Below, one piece after another: positions 26,902 to 40,334 of a stretch of DNA of 64,000 bases. The stretch is from the NCBI GenBank assembly GCA_951406725.2, contig OX597833.1, positions 55,304,001 through 55,368,000 on the forward strand. Reading direction: 5' to 3'. How positions within the stretch are numbered: position 1 is the first letter of the stretch; each line of letters starts with the position of its first letter. The stretch is from Octopus vulgaris (lineage: Eukaryota). The position numbers and the translations under genes are program-made. The notes beneath the pieces were generated by a model. That model was not told where the DNA came from. It was given only the letters and a program-made list of their open reading frames with translations, and did not search any database.

Positions 26902-27293
26902 CTAGCAGTATCGCCCGGCGTTGCTCGGGTTTGTTTTGACCCTTTAGAATTGAAATTTTTGAGTAGTAAAAATTTTGCATTATGCAGCTTGTTATTCTCT
27001 TTAAGTGAACATTTTTCTCGTTGAAATACACCAAAAAATGGCAACACAGCAGTCAAAAAATCGTAAAACAATAGGGATTTTCATAGAAAAAAGCACCTTT
27101 TTGATGTAAATAATTTTTGGTCTTAACATGGTCTGATTTGAATTTTATCTTCTACGGAATAAAGAGCAAGCCTCCTTCTATCATACTCTCAACTTTGGTC
27201 AACTTGCACTGCAGGGTCTCGGAGAAGATAGTGTTAGTTGAAGGCTACCAAACCAGCCATAAACAGACAACTTCAGCTTTATATAGAGAAAGA
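26902..27293 (-). mobile_element. Non-autonomous Helitron
   Basis: Minus strand starts TC(TTTCTCTATATAAAGCTGAAGTTG) and ends with hairpin CCCGAGCAACGCCGGG then ...CTAG; inserted between A and T with no TSD. Confidence 0.8.
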
Positions 27294-27489
27294 TTTTGAA
27301 AGAGTTTTAACAGAGTCAGGTTATTTTCAGGTTGATAGTATTTACCTTAAAGACATGGGCAGTACCCATGAGAATAATTTCTTGTGTTTCTGATATTTTT
27401 CGGTTTCCTGGTATTTTGCCATAGAATATCATTATTGTTATTCAACTTGACTCAGAATTGGTCTTATTCCTTGTAGAATGTATATGGCT

Positions 27490-27740
27490 TCCGGTTTACT
27501 ACCTGTAACCTTAGATATTCGCATAATTTCAATAAAGCTATCAAGTGCTCAGAAACCCTTCTGGTGAATCTTTTGTGTTCGTAAGGGGCAAACCTTTCCT
27601 ACAGGACATTCCATTCCACTCTCCCTCATCCGTTTGTCTACATCATTACTCACGGTCCCTAAGTGCCAATTACCACAAGGTACAACCTTTACCAGTTTTA
27701 CCTTCCGCATTGGCACAACCTTTACAGATTTCATGTTCAC
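27490..27740 (-). mobile_element. R4/Dong-like (RLE-endonuclease) non-LTR retrotransposon 3' fragment
   Basis: Decayed minus-strand translation MKSVKVVP..(IG)LGTVSNDVDKRMRESGMECPV..KVCPLRT.KI resembles the 'VKVVPIVIGALGTV...LQK..LLGTARILRKVL' C-terminus; it shares ATCTAAGGTTAC downstream with the 42.6-kb copy. Confidence 0.55.
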
Positions 27741-27994
27741 ATCATCATCATCATCATCATCACCACCATCATCATCATCATCACCATCACCATCATCATC
27801 ATCATCATCACCACTACCATCATCATCACCACCAACATCATCATCACCACCACCACCATCATCATCATCATCACCACCATCATCATCATCACCATCATCA
27901 CCACCACCACCACCATCATCATCATCACCACCACCACCATCATCACCATCACCACCATCATCACCACCATCATCATCATCATCATCATCATCAT
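27740..27994. repeat. (CAT/CAC)n microsatellite
   Basis: Directly visible; source of poly-His/Ser/Ile ORFs. Confidence 0.95.
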
Positions 27995-28179
27995 TCACCA
28001 AACATATTTATGCTTGTTCTTCAAGAGCTCCCAATACCGTTTGTATAATGGTAATTCCTGAAGATTTCGGTTTGTGAAGTTCATGGCAATTTTGTAACAC
28101 TAAGAAGCACACCACCAGCCTTCATGGTCTTATTACTATTTTCAGAGAAAATTCTAGAAGTTTCTCCAAATCGTGTCAG

Positions 28180-28606
28180 ACTCTCATCTCTCCCCACTCT
28201 CCTCTTCCCTTCACTTTTCTCTCTCCCCCCACTCTCCTCACTTCACTGTTCCTCCACTATCTTCTCCACTTGTCCTCCATCCAATCCTCTCTTTCTCACA
28301 CCTTCCTTCTTCCTCCTCCCTTCCTCTCTCTCTCTTCCTCCTCCCCTCCCTTCCTCTTTTCCTCTCTCTTTTTCTCTCCTTCCCCCATTTCTCTCTCTTT
28401 TCCTCTCCTTCCCCCCATTTCTCTCTTTTCCTCGCTCCCTCTCTTTTCCTCTTCTTTCCACTCTATTCCCCTTTTTCTCTCCTCGTTTCCCTCTCTCTTC
28501 ATTGCTCTTTCCCACCTTCCCACTCCTCTCTCACTCTCTCTCTCTCTGTCTTTCTCTCTCTCTGTCTTTCTCTCTCTGTCTTTCTCTCTCTCTCTGTCTT
28601 TGTCTT

Positions 28607-28645
<39 letters not shown>

Positions 28646-28702
28646 TTCTTTCTCTCTCTCTTTCTTTCTATCTCTCTCTCTCTTTCACTCTCTCTCTGTC
28701 TT

Positions 28703-28735
<33 letters not shown>

Positions 28736-28880
28736 GTCTTTCTCTCTCACTCTCACTCAATCTCTCTCTCAATCTCTCTCTATCTCTCTCTCTCTCACTC
28801 TCATTCAATCTCTCTCTATCTCTCTCTCTCACTCAATCTCTCTCTCAATCTCTCTCCCTCACACACACACACACACACAA
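28180..28880. repeat. Polypyrimidine (CT)n-rich tract, about 700 bp
   Basis: Directly visible; similar tracts lie at 26090-26330 and 39475-39738. Confidence 0.95.
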
Positions 28881-29329
28881 ACTCCTCCACTCATCATTCT
28901 TCCTTCCTACATCTGTTAGCAATTCATAATTACAACCTTGTTGTTGCTGCTGACTCTGCTGCTGCTGCTCTAATTATTTGCCCATTCATTCCTAGAAGAT
29001 TATTACCAGCTGTTGCATAATGCGATTACTACATTACTCTACTATTTCTGTTTATTGTTTGTTTGTTTTCTTTTTGTTTTGTTTTTTTCTTTAACGTTTT
29101 TCTAATTAGGTTATTGTAAAAAACTACACGGAACACACAAAAACCTTAAAACTCTATTGAAATGTGAATTAAGACTTTTGTCCAGCGTTTATATCTGTGA
29201 ATTACAGCATATAAGTAAAGTGGGAATAACTTTAGACCAATGCTTCTCGGCCAGGATCATCTATATGTCCCCTAGGGGTCGGTCCATGTAAGAATTGCTT
29301 GGGTTCATGCAAGCAAAATACTGTTTCGC

Positions 29330-30097
29330 TGTTTTACTTGTTTCAGTCAGTCGACTGTGGCTTTGCTGGAGCATCGCCTTTTTTAGTCGAGCAAATCGAC
29401 CCCAGGACTTATTCTTTGTAAGCCTAGTACTTATTCTATCGGTCTCTTTCACCGAATCGCTAACTTATGGGGATGTAAACACACCAGCATCGGTTGTCAA
29501 GTGATGTTGAAGGCACAAACACAGACACACAAACATATACACACACACCACACACACACACATATATTGAAGCAATCTCAAGATTAATCAGCCGAAATTG
29601 CGAGGATGATCTGGTTCTTGACTGAAGATTAAAGGCTTCAAATGACCCATCCGTGTTTTTTGTATCGTCTTGCTGGACGTTTTGCATTCTTGTCCCATTT
29701 TGTATTTTTTATATATATATATAGATAGAGATCAATAAATGGTGGGGTTGTGTTGACCGCACGTGGAGAAATGATAAGTAAGGAAAAATTTTTTAAAAAT
29801 GCAGAATGCTCAAATGAAAGAAAATTTTAATAAAATGAGAAAATGATAAAATATATAAATATATATTTATTCAACCGGTTTTCGTCATTGTATGACTTGT
29901 CAAGAATATTTATGTTTTAAGAAGTTTTTTTAAAAATTAGAAAGGGGAAAAAAAGAAAATTGCATTGTTTTTTGTAAAAGAATAATGATAAAAATGTACA
30001 AAAATTGAAAAATATATTTTATCATTTTCTCATTTTATTAAAATTTTCTTTCATTTGAGCATTCTGCATTTTTAAAAAAATTTTTCCTTACTATATA

Positions 30098-30137
<40 letters not shown>

Positions 30138-30307
30138 TACATACGAAGGGCTTCTTTCAGTTTCTGTCTACCAAATCCACTCACAAGGCTTTGGTTGACC
30201 CGAGGCTATAGTAGGAGACACTTGCCCAATGTGCCACGCAGTGGGACTGAACTTGGAACCATATGGTTTGTAAGCAAGCTACTTACCACACAGCCACTCC
30301 TGTGCCT
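29330..30307 (-). mobile_element. SINE family B interrupted in its internal microsatellite by PLE-type repeats (about 29568-30092)
   Basis: The SINE 3' part (29330-29565) and 5' part (30140-30307) flank the insert. Confidence 0.8.
29777..30092. repeat. Inverted repeat (about 80-bp arms) enclosing a hammerhead-like motif
   Basis: Arms 29777-29856 and 30012-30092 are near-perfect reverse complements; minus strand 29869-29907 reads ATTC-TTGACAA-GTCAT aca ATGAC-GAAA-ACCGGT-T-GAAT. Confidence 0.85.
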
Positions 30308-31194
30308 ATATAAATAGTAAATTTGTGATCCACAATAGTATTTTTACCCCTTCCCCAGTAACTTTTTTTGGGGGAAAAATAGTTTTGTTTTCAGACGAAT
30401 TTTTTTTTCATCAGATAAACTTGCACTCTCATCTGATAAGGCCCGTACTCATTGTCATCTTCTGAGCTTGATATCTGGGCATAATTTGTAAAAAAAAAAA
30501 AAAAGGAAAAAGAGAGAGAAAGAGAGAAATGCTGAGAGTTGACATATGAACTTGTCTGTGGCTGGTTTTGAAATTATATGTTTTGGACGAGTTTACTAAT
30601 CACACTCTGAAAAAGACAAATTTGGTGAAGACTGCAGAGTAAGAGTTTAAGGGTCCTTGAAAAAATTTTGCTTTAGAAGTATTGATTGTATGAAACAGCT
30701 TGGTTTCTTTTTTTTGGTTTTTTTTTTTTTCTCTATGTTCAACCTACACAATTGAATTTGTGAAAAAATGAATTAGAGATGTTGAAAGAAGTATCCATTA
30801 AGCTAGTTTTTAACCCTTTAGCATTTAAGCCGATTATATTCAACCAAAATATTTTACCTGTTTTGTTTAAACTAACCAGATCTGGCCTCATATCTTTACA
30901 ATGTCATTCTAAAAATTAACAACATCATTGAAATCTCAAAGCTACACGATAGTGCATTGTCGATCCAAGACATTGCAAATAAATAAGCATTACATCGGAC
31001 AGGGTATGGATTCAGGGAGATTTAGAATGGATGTTGAATGTCTTTGTATTTAAAATGGTTTCTTGAAATGAGTTTTGGTGTTAGAATAACTAAAAATAAA
31101 TGATTTAAATTCTTCAACAACAAAAAAAAAAATCTGTTTTAATTATAGTGGAAATTACAATTCCAGTTTTTTCAATATTTTTTTTTTTTTTTGT

Positions 31195-32042
31195 TATTTG
31201 TTTCAGTCATTTAACTGTGGCCATGCTGGAACACCGCCTATGTTTCAATTCAGTTTATGAAAACACTTACTGTTTTACCAATGTTTACTGTTTTACTGGG
31301 GCACATCCTTGAAGAACTTTTTAGTTGAATGAACCAATTCCAGCACTTTTTTTTTTAAAGCCTGATATCAGTCTTTTTTGCCAAACTGCTAAGTTACAAG
31401 GACATAGTCAAGCGATGGTGAGGAGACAAACACATACACACACACACACACACATATATATTTATATATATATGACAGGCTTCTTTCAGTTTCCATCTAC
31501 AAAATCCACTCACAAGGCTTTGGTCAGCCCAAGCTTATAGTAGAAGACACTTACCCGAGGTGTCACACAGTGGGACCGAACCTGGAACCACATGGTTGGA
31601 AAGCAAGCATCTTACCACATAGCTATGCCTGCGATTTACTCTTTTACTCTTTTACTTGTTTCAGTCATTTGACTGCGGCTATGCTGGAGCACCACCTTTA
31701 GTCGAGCAACTCGACCCCAGGACTTATTCTTTTGTAAGCCCAGTACTTATTCTATCGGTCTCTTTTGCCGAACCGCTAAGTAACGAGGACATAAACACAC
31801 CAGCATCGGTTGTCAAGCAATGCTAGGGGGACAGACACAGACACACAAACACACACGCATATATATACATATATACGACGGGCTTCTTTTTCAGTTTCCG
31901 TCTACCAAATCCAATCCACTCACAAGGTTTTGGTCAGCCCAAGCTTATAGTAGAAGACACTTGCCCGAGGTGTCACACAGTGGGACCGAACCTGGAACCA
32001 CATGGCTGGAAAGCAAGCATCTTACCACACAGCTATGCCTGC
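31195..32042 (-). mobile_element. Two tandem SINE family B copies
   Basis: Family B sequence twice; both share the variant CCCAAGCTTATAG...GTGTCACACAGTGGGACCGAACC. Confidence 0.85.
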
Positions 32043-33114
32043 AGTTTGAGGAAGATTTGTCTTCTATTGGTTCAAAATTTTTGCATGTACACGGTACTAC
32101 TACCATCCAGCTTCTATTTGCTTCAGTTCTCAGTGACTTTTCAATCTTCCATCACCATTCAATTTGCCATCCAGACATTCAAAAACGAAAAAAAAAAAAT
32201 ACAGATTCCTTTTACTTTTCTATTTCATGCTGACTCTTTTTGTCCGTTTTGTGCTATTTCTAAACGATTTCTCTCAATTGTTGGATGGATAGTTTAGACA
32301 ATCCCATCAAGGATTGATATAAAACAAGTAATTTTTAAGAGAAATGTTTGCGGGTTCTCTTTAAATAGAATTTTGGATTCATTTTAGTAAATTAAGACTC
32401 AAATTTCCAATCAAACTATTTTTATTTCTCTACTTTCTATGCAATTTATCAAAGGATATTTATTTCGTTTTCATTTCTTCTTCATCTTTTTTTCCCTCCT
32501 CTCTTTTATATATTGTCCATTTGTTTATCCTGCCTTTTATATTCCTTCCCACCCTGTTCTCTTTAAACATCCTTTGCCATTTTCCTTATTATCTCCGCAA
32601 TTATTTGCTCCCTCCTCATCCCTTTTGAAGTTTTTGTTATTTTTATGCTGTTAGCTTGACCAACTGTTATTACGTAAGATTCTATTGATTTGGAACTACA
32701 AATGGTTAAATTTGATTTTTTTTTATATATATATTCTATATTTTATCTTTTTTTTTGTTTATTTATTTATTCTTTGTCTTTGCATTTTCCACAGTTGCCA
32801 AACATCTTTTGACTTGAGAATGTCTAGATTTTCATCAATGTCAGTTTTGTGCCTTTTAAATTTAATTAAAAACACAAGAGAGAGAAAAAGGAAAAAAAAA
32901 AAAATCTCTTTCCAATGGTTTTTTTTAATATTTTTATTATTTACTTATTTTATTTACGTATTTTATTTATTTATTTTTTGGCTTTCCTTAATTCAATTTA
33001 CTCATTTTGGTTTACCATAATTTCATTTTGAATTTGAACCAAATTTTCCTATTAATTCATCTTACACACACTCACACATGCACACAAACTTCTAAACTTT
33101 CTCAGCACTTGTTT

Positions 33115-33145
<31 letters not shown>

Positions 33146-33442
33146 CCAACAGCATCCTCCTCCTCCTGCCACTCTCCATCACCTCCTCCTTCCCCCCACC
33201 TCACTTCACCTCTTCCTTCATCTCACCTTTCCCTCCACCTTCCTCCGATTCATACATGCTTTTATTAACAACACCTGGTGCTCCGCTGCGCTCCTGTGAT
33301 GTATACACATCATTTGGGTGTATATGATTGTGTATATATTTGGGTGTATATGATAGTGTTAGTATTTTCTACTATGTTTTGTTGTCTCTGATGTTACTTC
33401 AGTGTTTTTTTAGGCTTTTGTGATGTAGAATATGTTACATGT

Positions 33443-33990
33443 GTAGGAGTGGCTGTGTGGCAAGTAGCTTGCTTACGAACCACATGGTTTCAGGTTCAGT
33501 CCCACTGTGTGGCACCTTGGATAAGTGTCTTCTACTATAGCCTCAGGCCGACCAAAGCCTTGTGAGTGGATTTGGTAGATGGAAACTGAAAGAAACCCCT
33601 CGTATATATGTATATATATGTATGTATGTATATATATATATAGGCGCAGGAGTGGCTGTGTGGTAAGTAGCTTGCTTACCAAGCACAGGTTCCGGGTTCA
33701 GTCCTTCTGTGTGGCATCTTGGGCAAGTGTCTTCTACTATAGCCTTGGGCTGACTAAAGCCTTGTGAGTGGATTTGGTAGATGGAAACTGAAAGAAGCCC
33801 ATCGTATATATATATACATGTATGTGTGTGTGTATGTTTGTGTGTCTGTGTTTGTCTCCCCAACATCGCCTGACAACCAATGCTGGTGTGTTTACGTCCC
33901 CGTAACTTAGTGGTTCAGCAAAAGAGACCGATAGAATAAGTACTAGGCTTACAAAGAATAAGTCCTGGGGTCGATTTGCTCAACTAAATG
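33443..33990 (+). mobile_element. SINE family B with duplicated 5' half
   Basis: Two heads (33443 and 33642) followed by one body. Confidence 0.85.
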
Positions 33991-34067
33991 AATAAGTTGA
34001 ATAAAATCATAAATGACACTCCTGTATTTCTCTTTTACCTCAAGGCAGGAAATTTTCTGTAGCCCTT

Positions 34068-34532
34068 CATCATCATCATCATCATCATCATCGTTTAACG
34101 TCCATTTTCCATGCTAGCATGGGTTGGACAGTTCGACCGGAGTCTGGGAAGCCAGGCGGCTGCACCAGGCTCCAGTCTGATCTGGCAGTGTTTCTACAGC
34201 TGGATGCCCTTCCTAACGCCAGCCACTCCGTGAGTGTAGTGGGTGCTTTTTACGTGCCACCGGCACAGGTGCCAGGGGAGGCTGGCATCAGTCACAATCG
34301 GTTGGTGCTATTTACGTGCCACCGGCACAGGTGCCAGGTGAGGCTGGCATCAGCCACGATTGGTTGGGGTTTTTTTATGTGTCACCGGCACAGAAGCCTG
34401 TCAAGGTGGCGCTGGCATCGGCCACGTTCGGATGGTGCTTTTTACGTGCCACCGGCACAGGGATCACAGCTACAATTTCCATCTGATATTTATTTTGATG
34501 TTGATGTACTTGACTCAATAGGTTTCCTCAAG
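34068..34532 (-). mobile_element. SINE/LINE-tail family C ending in GGACGTTAAAC(GAT)n
   Basis: CATCGTTTAACGTCC...TTTCTACAGCTGGATGCCCTTCCTAACGCC; internal repeats of TTTACGTGCCACCGGCACAG; probably RTE-mobilised (inference). Confidence 0.8.
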
Positions 34533-34587
34533 TACAGGAGACCTATTGCTCTTGAAGAGACCTATTGAGTCAAGTACATCAACATCA
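34496..34587. repeat. 37-bp-stem hairpin (inverted duplication)
   Basis: 34496-34532 pairs with 34551-34587 with one G-U and one C-A mismatch; 18-nt loop. Confidence 0.92.
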
Positions 34588-35363
34588 TGAAGTAAAAATG
34601 TATGAATAGATTGCAATTGGTGTCTGGTTGCATAACAAGCTGCTAATGGGACAATCAACAGCTCATTGCATTTGTGACATTGAGTGAGGTACACGTATAT
34701 GTATATGTTCCAATCCAAACAGAAATACCATCAAATGGGTCAATATATATAATGTAGATAATTTATATGAGAAGAAAAAGATTTTTTTAAAAATTTAGAT
34801 GATTATGGTTTCTGATATGGGCACAGGACCTCAACTTTAGAGGAAGGGATTAGTTGAACAGAATAAACTCCAGGTGAAGAAAACTGGGAAGCCATTACCT
34901 GCCAGAATAGACCCTTGGGGTATTTGCTCTGCACCAACTTACAGATACTCCCACATTACTTTCACTATCATAAAGACAACAAACAAACTGGACTGTTGAA
35001 AACCAAGAACTAACAACAATAGACACACACACATACTCACATGTGTGCGTGCATACGTGCACACACACACACACACACATATATACAGATGGATATGAGT
35101 GTATGTAAGTATATATTTATCTATATACTTTTGTCTTTTACTCTTTATCTTTTACTTGTTTCAGTCATTAGACTGCAGACCATGCTGGGGCACTGCCTTG
35201 AAGAATTTTAGTCAAATTTATAGCCCTCAGTACTTTTTTTAATTTTTTTTTTGTGTATAGCCTGGTACTTATTCTATTGGTCTCTTTTGCTGAACTGCTG
35301 AGTTACAGGGACAGAAACACACGAATGCCAGTTGTCAGGTGGTGGACAAACACATACGCAAAG

Positions 35364-35400
<37 letters not shown>

Positions 35401-35802
35401 ATTGAAAGAACCTATTGTGTGTGTGTGTGTGTGTGTAGGCGTTAGGAAAGGCATCCAGCTGTAGAAACCATGCCAAAACAGACATGGAACCTGAGCAGCC
35501 CTTCATTTAGTCAGCTCCTATCAAACCGTCCAACCCATGCCAGTATGGAAAATGTATTTTAAATTTGTCTACCAAATCCACTCACAAGGCCTTGGTCAAC
35601 CCAACACTATCATTGGAAACACTTGCCCAAGGTGTCATGCAGTGGGATTGAACCCGGAACCATGTACTTGGGAAGCAAACTTCTTACCACACAGCCATGC
35701 TTGTGCCTACATGTGTGTCTGTACATATGCATAAACAGACTTAATGAACTTGTTCTGAGTTTCCATCAACAAAATTCCATTCATAAGTTACCAATTATTG
35801 GG

Positions 35803-36155
35803 TGCTAAGAGCACCATCCAAGTGTGATCATTGCCAGAGCGGCTAACTGGCTTCCGTGCCGGTGGCATGTAAAAGGCACCATTCGAGCGTGATCGTTACC
35901 AGCGTCGCCTTACTGGCACTTGTGAAAACATTCAAGCAAGGTCGTTGCCTGTACCGCCTGACTGGCCCCCGTGCTGGTGGCACGTAAAAAGTACCCACTA
36001 CACTCTTGGAGTGGTTGGCATTAGGAAGGGCATCCAGCTGTAGAAACTCTGCCAGATCAAGATTGGAGTCTCGTGCAGCCATCTGGTTCGCCAGCCCTCA
36101 CTCAAATCGTCCAACCCATGCTAGCATGGAAAGTGGACGTTAAACGGTGATGATG
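35803..36155 (+). mobile_element. Family C repeat
   Basis: TTAGGAAGGGCATCCAGCTGTAGAAAC...GGACGTTAAACGGTGATGATG; other copies at 51419-51650 (-), 56357-56811 (+) and 63949-64000 (-). Confidence 0.8.
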
Positions 36156-36686
36156 GTCAACCCTAGGATGTGGAAATGTAAGGCAAGACACTTGTCCAAA
36201 GAAGCTGCATAGGGCAATGCCAAATCCGAAACTGCATTCTATTAGAAACAAAAACCTCTCGGCAACACAGCCGTGCCTGCGCCCACAACTCTCGACACAA
36301 AACACAAACGCTCACTTGTAAACAACTTTAATCAACTGTCAATCATGTTTTTGTTGTTGTTGTTGTTGTCTTCCTTTAAGAAATAAATATATTTGTAATT
36401 TATCTTTTCTATTAACCTGTTTCCCCTCACTGTAAAGCTGTCACTTAATAAAACAGAACGACCGTTTCCTAATATCTTACTTCATTATTTCAAGTGATCT
36501 ATGTTCACATATCGAAACTGAAATAAATATCTTCAAAAAGTGGCGAATAAATAAACCAGATATTTGAAGTTGGAAGGGTGGCAATAGGGGTGGCGGAAAT
36601 GGTCTTCTGAAAATTTAAATAATAATGATTTGTAGCAGAGACATGAGACCACTTTATCTTCTACTTTTTCTTTTTTCTTTTTTATT

Positions 36687-36717
<31 letters not shown>

Positions 36718-36924
36718 AGGTGGGTAGAAGGGGTCAGGTGGGTGGTGGTAGGGCTCTGTAATCAATTATAATACAATGATCCCCTGGTCCTTGACTGGTA
36801 TTTATTTATTTTATTAACATTGAAGAGGTGAAGGCAGTGTTAACAACACCTGCAACATTTCAGCTCAGATTATTTAATAGGGTGGATGGGGATAAAAATT
36901 TGAAAAAGTCTTCGGAATAAGTGC

Positions 36925-37643
36925 AAGCATGGCTATGTGGTAAGGTGTTCGCTTCCCAACCAGATGTTCACATGGTTCTGGGTTCAGTCCTACTGCATGG
37001 CACCTTGGATGAGTACCTTCTAGGCTGACCAAAGTCTTCCAAGTCAATTTGATAGGCAGAAACTGCAAGAAGCTTGTCATATATATACTCTTTTACTTGT
37101 TTCAGTCATTTGACTGCGGCCATGCTGGAGCACCGCCTTCAGTCGAGCAAATCGACCCCGGGACTCATTCTTTTGTAAGCCCAGTACTTATTCTATCGGT
37201 CTGTTTTGCCGAACCGCTAAGTAACGGGGACATAAACACAACAGCATCGGTTGTCAAGCAATGCTAGGGGGACAAACACAGACACACAAGCATATACACA
37301 CACATACATATATATATAAATACATATATACGACGGGCTTCTTTCAGTTTCCGTCTACCAAATCCACCCACAAGGCTTTGGTCGGCCCGAGGCTATAGTA
37401 GAAGACACTTGCCCAAGGTGCCACGTAGTGGGACTGAACCCAGAACCATGTGGTTGGTAAACAAGCTACTTACCACACAGCCACTCCTATGCCTATATAT
37501 ATATGGAGTACTTTTTTTGTTATCTTACCATCATGGAACAGTACTAGGCTTGCAAAGAATAAGTCCTGGGGTCGATTTGCTCAACTAAAGGTGGTGCTCC
37601 AGCATGGCCACAGTCAAATGACTGAAACAAGTAAAAGAGAGTA
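36925..37643. mobile_element. Full family B copy (-, 37086-37495) nested in or flanked by + strand family B halves
   Basis: + head at about 36925-37080 and + tail at 37540-37643. Confidence 0.8.
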
Positions 37644-38256
37644 ACCCCCTGGCCTAGATGCTCTCTCATTAGCTTGTAACAAATAATACTGGTAAAGGGT
37701 AGTTCATATACAAACGTAGTGATGGAGAAGCCACTGCTCTGAGGAACCAAAACATTAAGTTCATCTTCATTGTATTTTAACCTAAGAACCAAAGATCCCT
37801 TTCAGTCATGAATGACCATCGGATTGCACCTAGAAAGTTCCCCACCGAGGCACAAGTCCAGGCAAAATTTTTAATGGGAGACCAGCAGTAGCCCATGCAT
37901 ACCACCCTCTGCTCTATGCACCACCAATATTATCTAAGGGAAGGGCAAAGGCTGCTACAGCTTGGCACTAGTGACATTGCAACTCATTTCTACTGATGAG
38001 TGAACTGGAATAACATGGAATAAAGTGTTTTGCTCAAGAACACAACACACAGCCTGGTCCAGGAATTGAACTCACTACCTCATGATTGTGAGCCCAACGC
38101 TGTAACCACTGAGTCATGTGCCTTCACAGCCTGAGTCATGTGCCTAAGAAATATGAAGTATTGAATTAGGTACTGCAAAACAGCCTGTTGGCTAACAATG
38201 ACCACAACACCGATGTATCACAGTCAAGTCATTTCTGGTAACATAGTTAAAGCTAA

Positions 38257-38897
38257 AGGTGGCAAGCTGAGAGAAATGGTAGCACACCAGGCAAAATGCT
38301 TAGCGGTATTTCGTCTGTCTTTACGTTCTGAGTTCAAATTCCGCCCAGGTTGACTTTGCGTTTCATCCCTTCAGGGTCAATAAATTAAGTACCAGATGCG
38401 TACTGACTCCCCAAAATTTTCAGCCTTGTGCCTAGTGTAGAAAAGAACATTTATTTACAGATAAGGCAGTGAGCTGGCAGAAATGTTAGCATGCAGTGGT
38501 ATCTTGTCTGTCGTTACGTTCTGAGTTCAAATTCTGCTGAAGTCAACTTTGCTTTTCATCCTTTTGGGGGTCAATAAATTAAGTACCAGTTGCATACTAA
38601 GGTTGATCTAATCGACTGGCCCCCTCCCCAAAAATTTCGGGCCTTCTGCCTAGTGTAGAAAAGAATATCTATTTACAGATAAGGCAGTGAGCTGGCAGAA
38701 ATGTTAGCATGCAGGGCGAAATGCTTAGCAGTATTTCATCTGTCTTTACATTCTGAGTTCAAATTCCGCCACGGTCAACTTTGCCTTTCAGACTTTCAGG
38801 GTCGATAAATCAAGTACCAGTTGCATACCGGGAGTCGATCTAATCAATTGCTCTCCTCTCCAAAAATTTCGGGCCTTGTGCCTAGAGTAGGAAAGAA
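38257..38897 (+). mobile_element. SINE family A trimer
   Basis: Three cores; the linker ATTTACAGATAAGGCAGTGAGCTGGCAGAAATGTTAGCATGCAG occurs twice. Confidence 0.85.
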
Positions 38898-38927
38898 AAT
38901 AGTGAAAGCTAATGTTCACATGTTTAA

Positions 38928-39148
38928 CCCTTTTGTTACTGTATTTATTTTGAGATGCTCTGTGTTTCTTTCAATTACTTTAAATATAACAAGGAGTTTT
39001 AGTAAAATAACTTAGTTATCATTAAGCTAGTATTAGGAACATAAGTTGTGACAAAGGTTTGGGGGAAGATTTTAATTCAAAACTTATGAAAACAGGACAT
39101 TTATACTCAGAGCCAGAGCGGGTTTCAGCCTGGTTGATAATGAAAGGG
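38928..39148. mobile_element. piggyBac-type MITE
   Basis: TTAA|CCCTTTTGTTAC...GATAATGAAAGGG|TTAA. Confidence 0.85.
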
Positions 39149-39495
39149 TTAATACACTAGTTACTGTTTGCCTTATTGAATGCAAAGAATATCAGAAAGC
39201 TAATATATGTCCTATCATAGCTAGTAGTAGCCCTTTTTTATTTTTTACCAATTTATGATCCCTTTTTAACCCCTACTCCCCTTCTCTCCTCCTTCCCCTT
39301 CCGTCTCTACCCCCACCTCTCTCCATCCCTTTCTGATATGCTGCAAGCCTCAGCAAGAAAAACCCTAGACTTATTTTATTCTTTCATCATCCCCTTTTTT
39401 TTCTCCTTTAATTCCTTCATTATTCTTTCTTAGATTTATTTCTCTTTTAGGCTGTATTCTTTCATTTTCTCATTGTTCTCTCTCTCTCTCTCTCT

Positions 39496-39529
<34 letters not shown>

Positions 39530-39915
39530 CTTTCTTTCTCTCTCTCTCCTTTCTTTCTCTCTCTCCTTTCTTTCTCTCTCTCTCTCTCTTTCTCTCTCTC
39601 CCTCTCCTTTCTTTCTCTCTCTCTCCCTTCTTTCTCTCTCTCCTTTCTTTCTCTCTCTCTCTCTCTCTCCTTTCTTTCTCTCTCTCTCTCCTTTCTTCTC
39701 TCTCTCTCTCCTTTCTCTCTCTCTCTCTCTCTCTCTCTGTAACCCTTTCATTTCCTTCTTTCTCAACCTCCCTCAAAAACTTCTTCAGTAAACTAATTTG
39801 CTTTTCCCACCCACTCCCTTCACTTGCTATCATCATCATCATCATCATCATCATCATTTGCTCATTAGAATTTTCCTGTCATTTAAATCCACCACCACCA
39901 TCCATGTTCCATAAC

Positions 39916-39946
<31 letters not shown>

Positions 39947-40334
39947 GAATCCCTCCCTCACCCCCCTTCTCCAACATCCTCCTTAATTATAGGCTGCAGT
40001 CTTTCTTTAATAATTACAATACCCACCTACCCACTTATTTTAATTACCACTCTCTCTCGTTTAATTACACTACCCCCTTCCACCCCCTGACCCCCCCGCT
40101 CCCCTCCACCCCACCCCACACTCCGTTACTTCCTTTTCTCCCCCAACAGTTGAGTCTAATTACTCCTGCTTTACCCTTCTAATTATGCAGCTCTAACTTT
40201 CCTCTTCGCCCCTCCGCCCACCTCTCTCCCTCTCCACCCTTTGCGGAATACTCCCATACCTCACTGCTAGCATACATATATGTCCATGTGGCCTTCCTCC
40301 TTCACCATTCACACACACACACAGACACACACAG

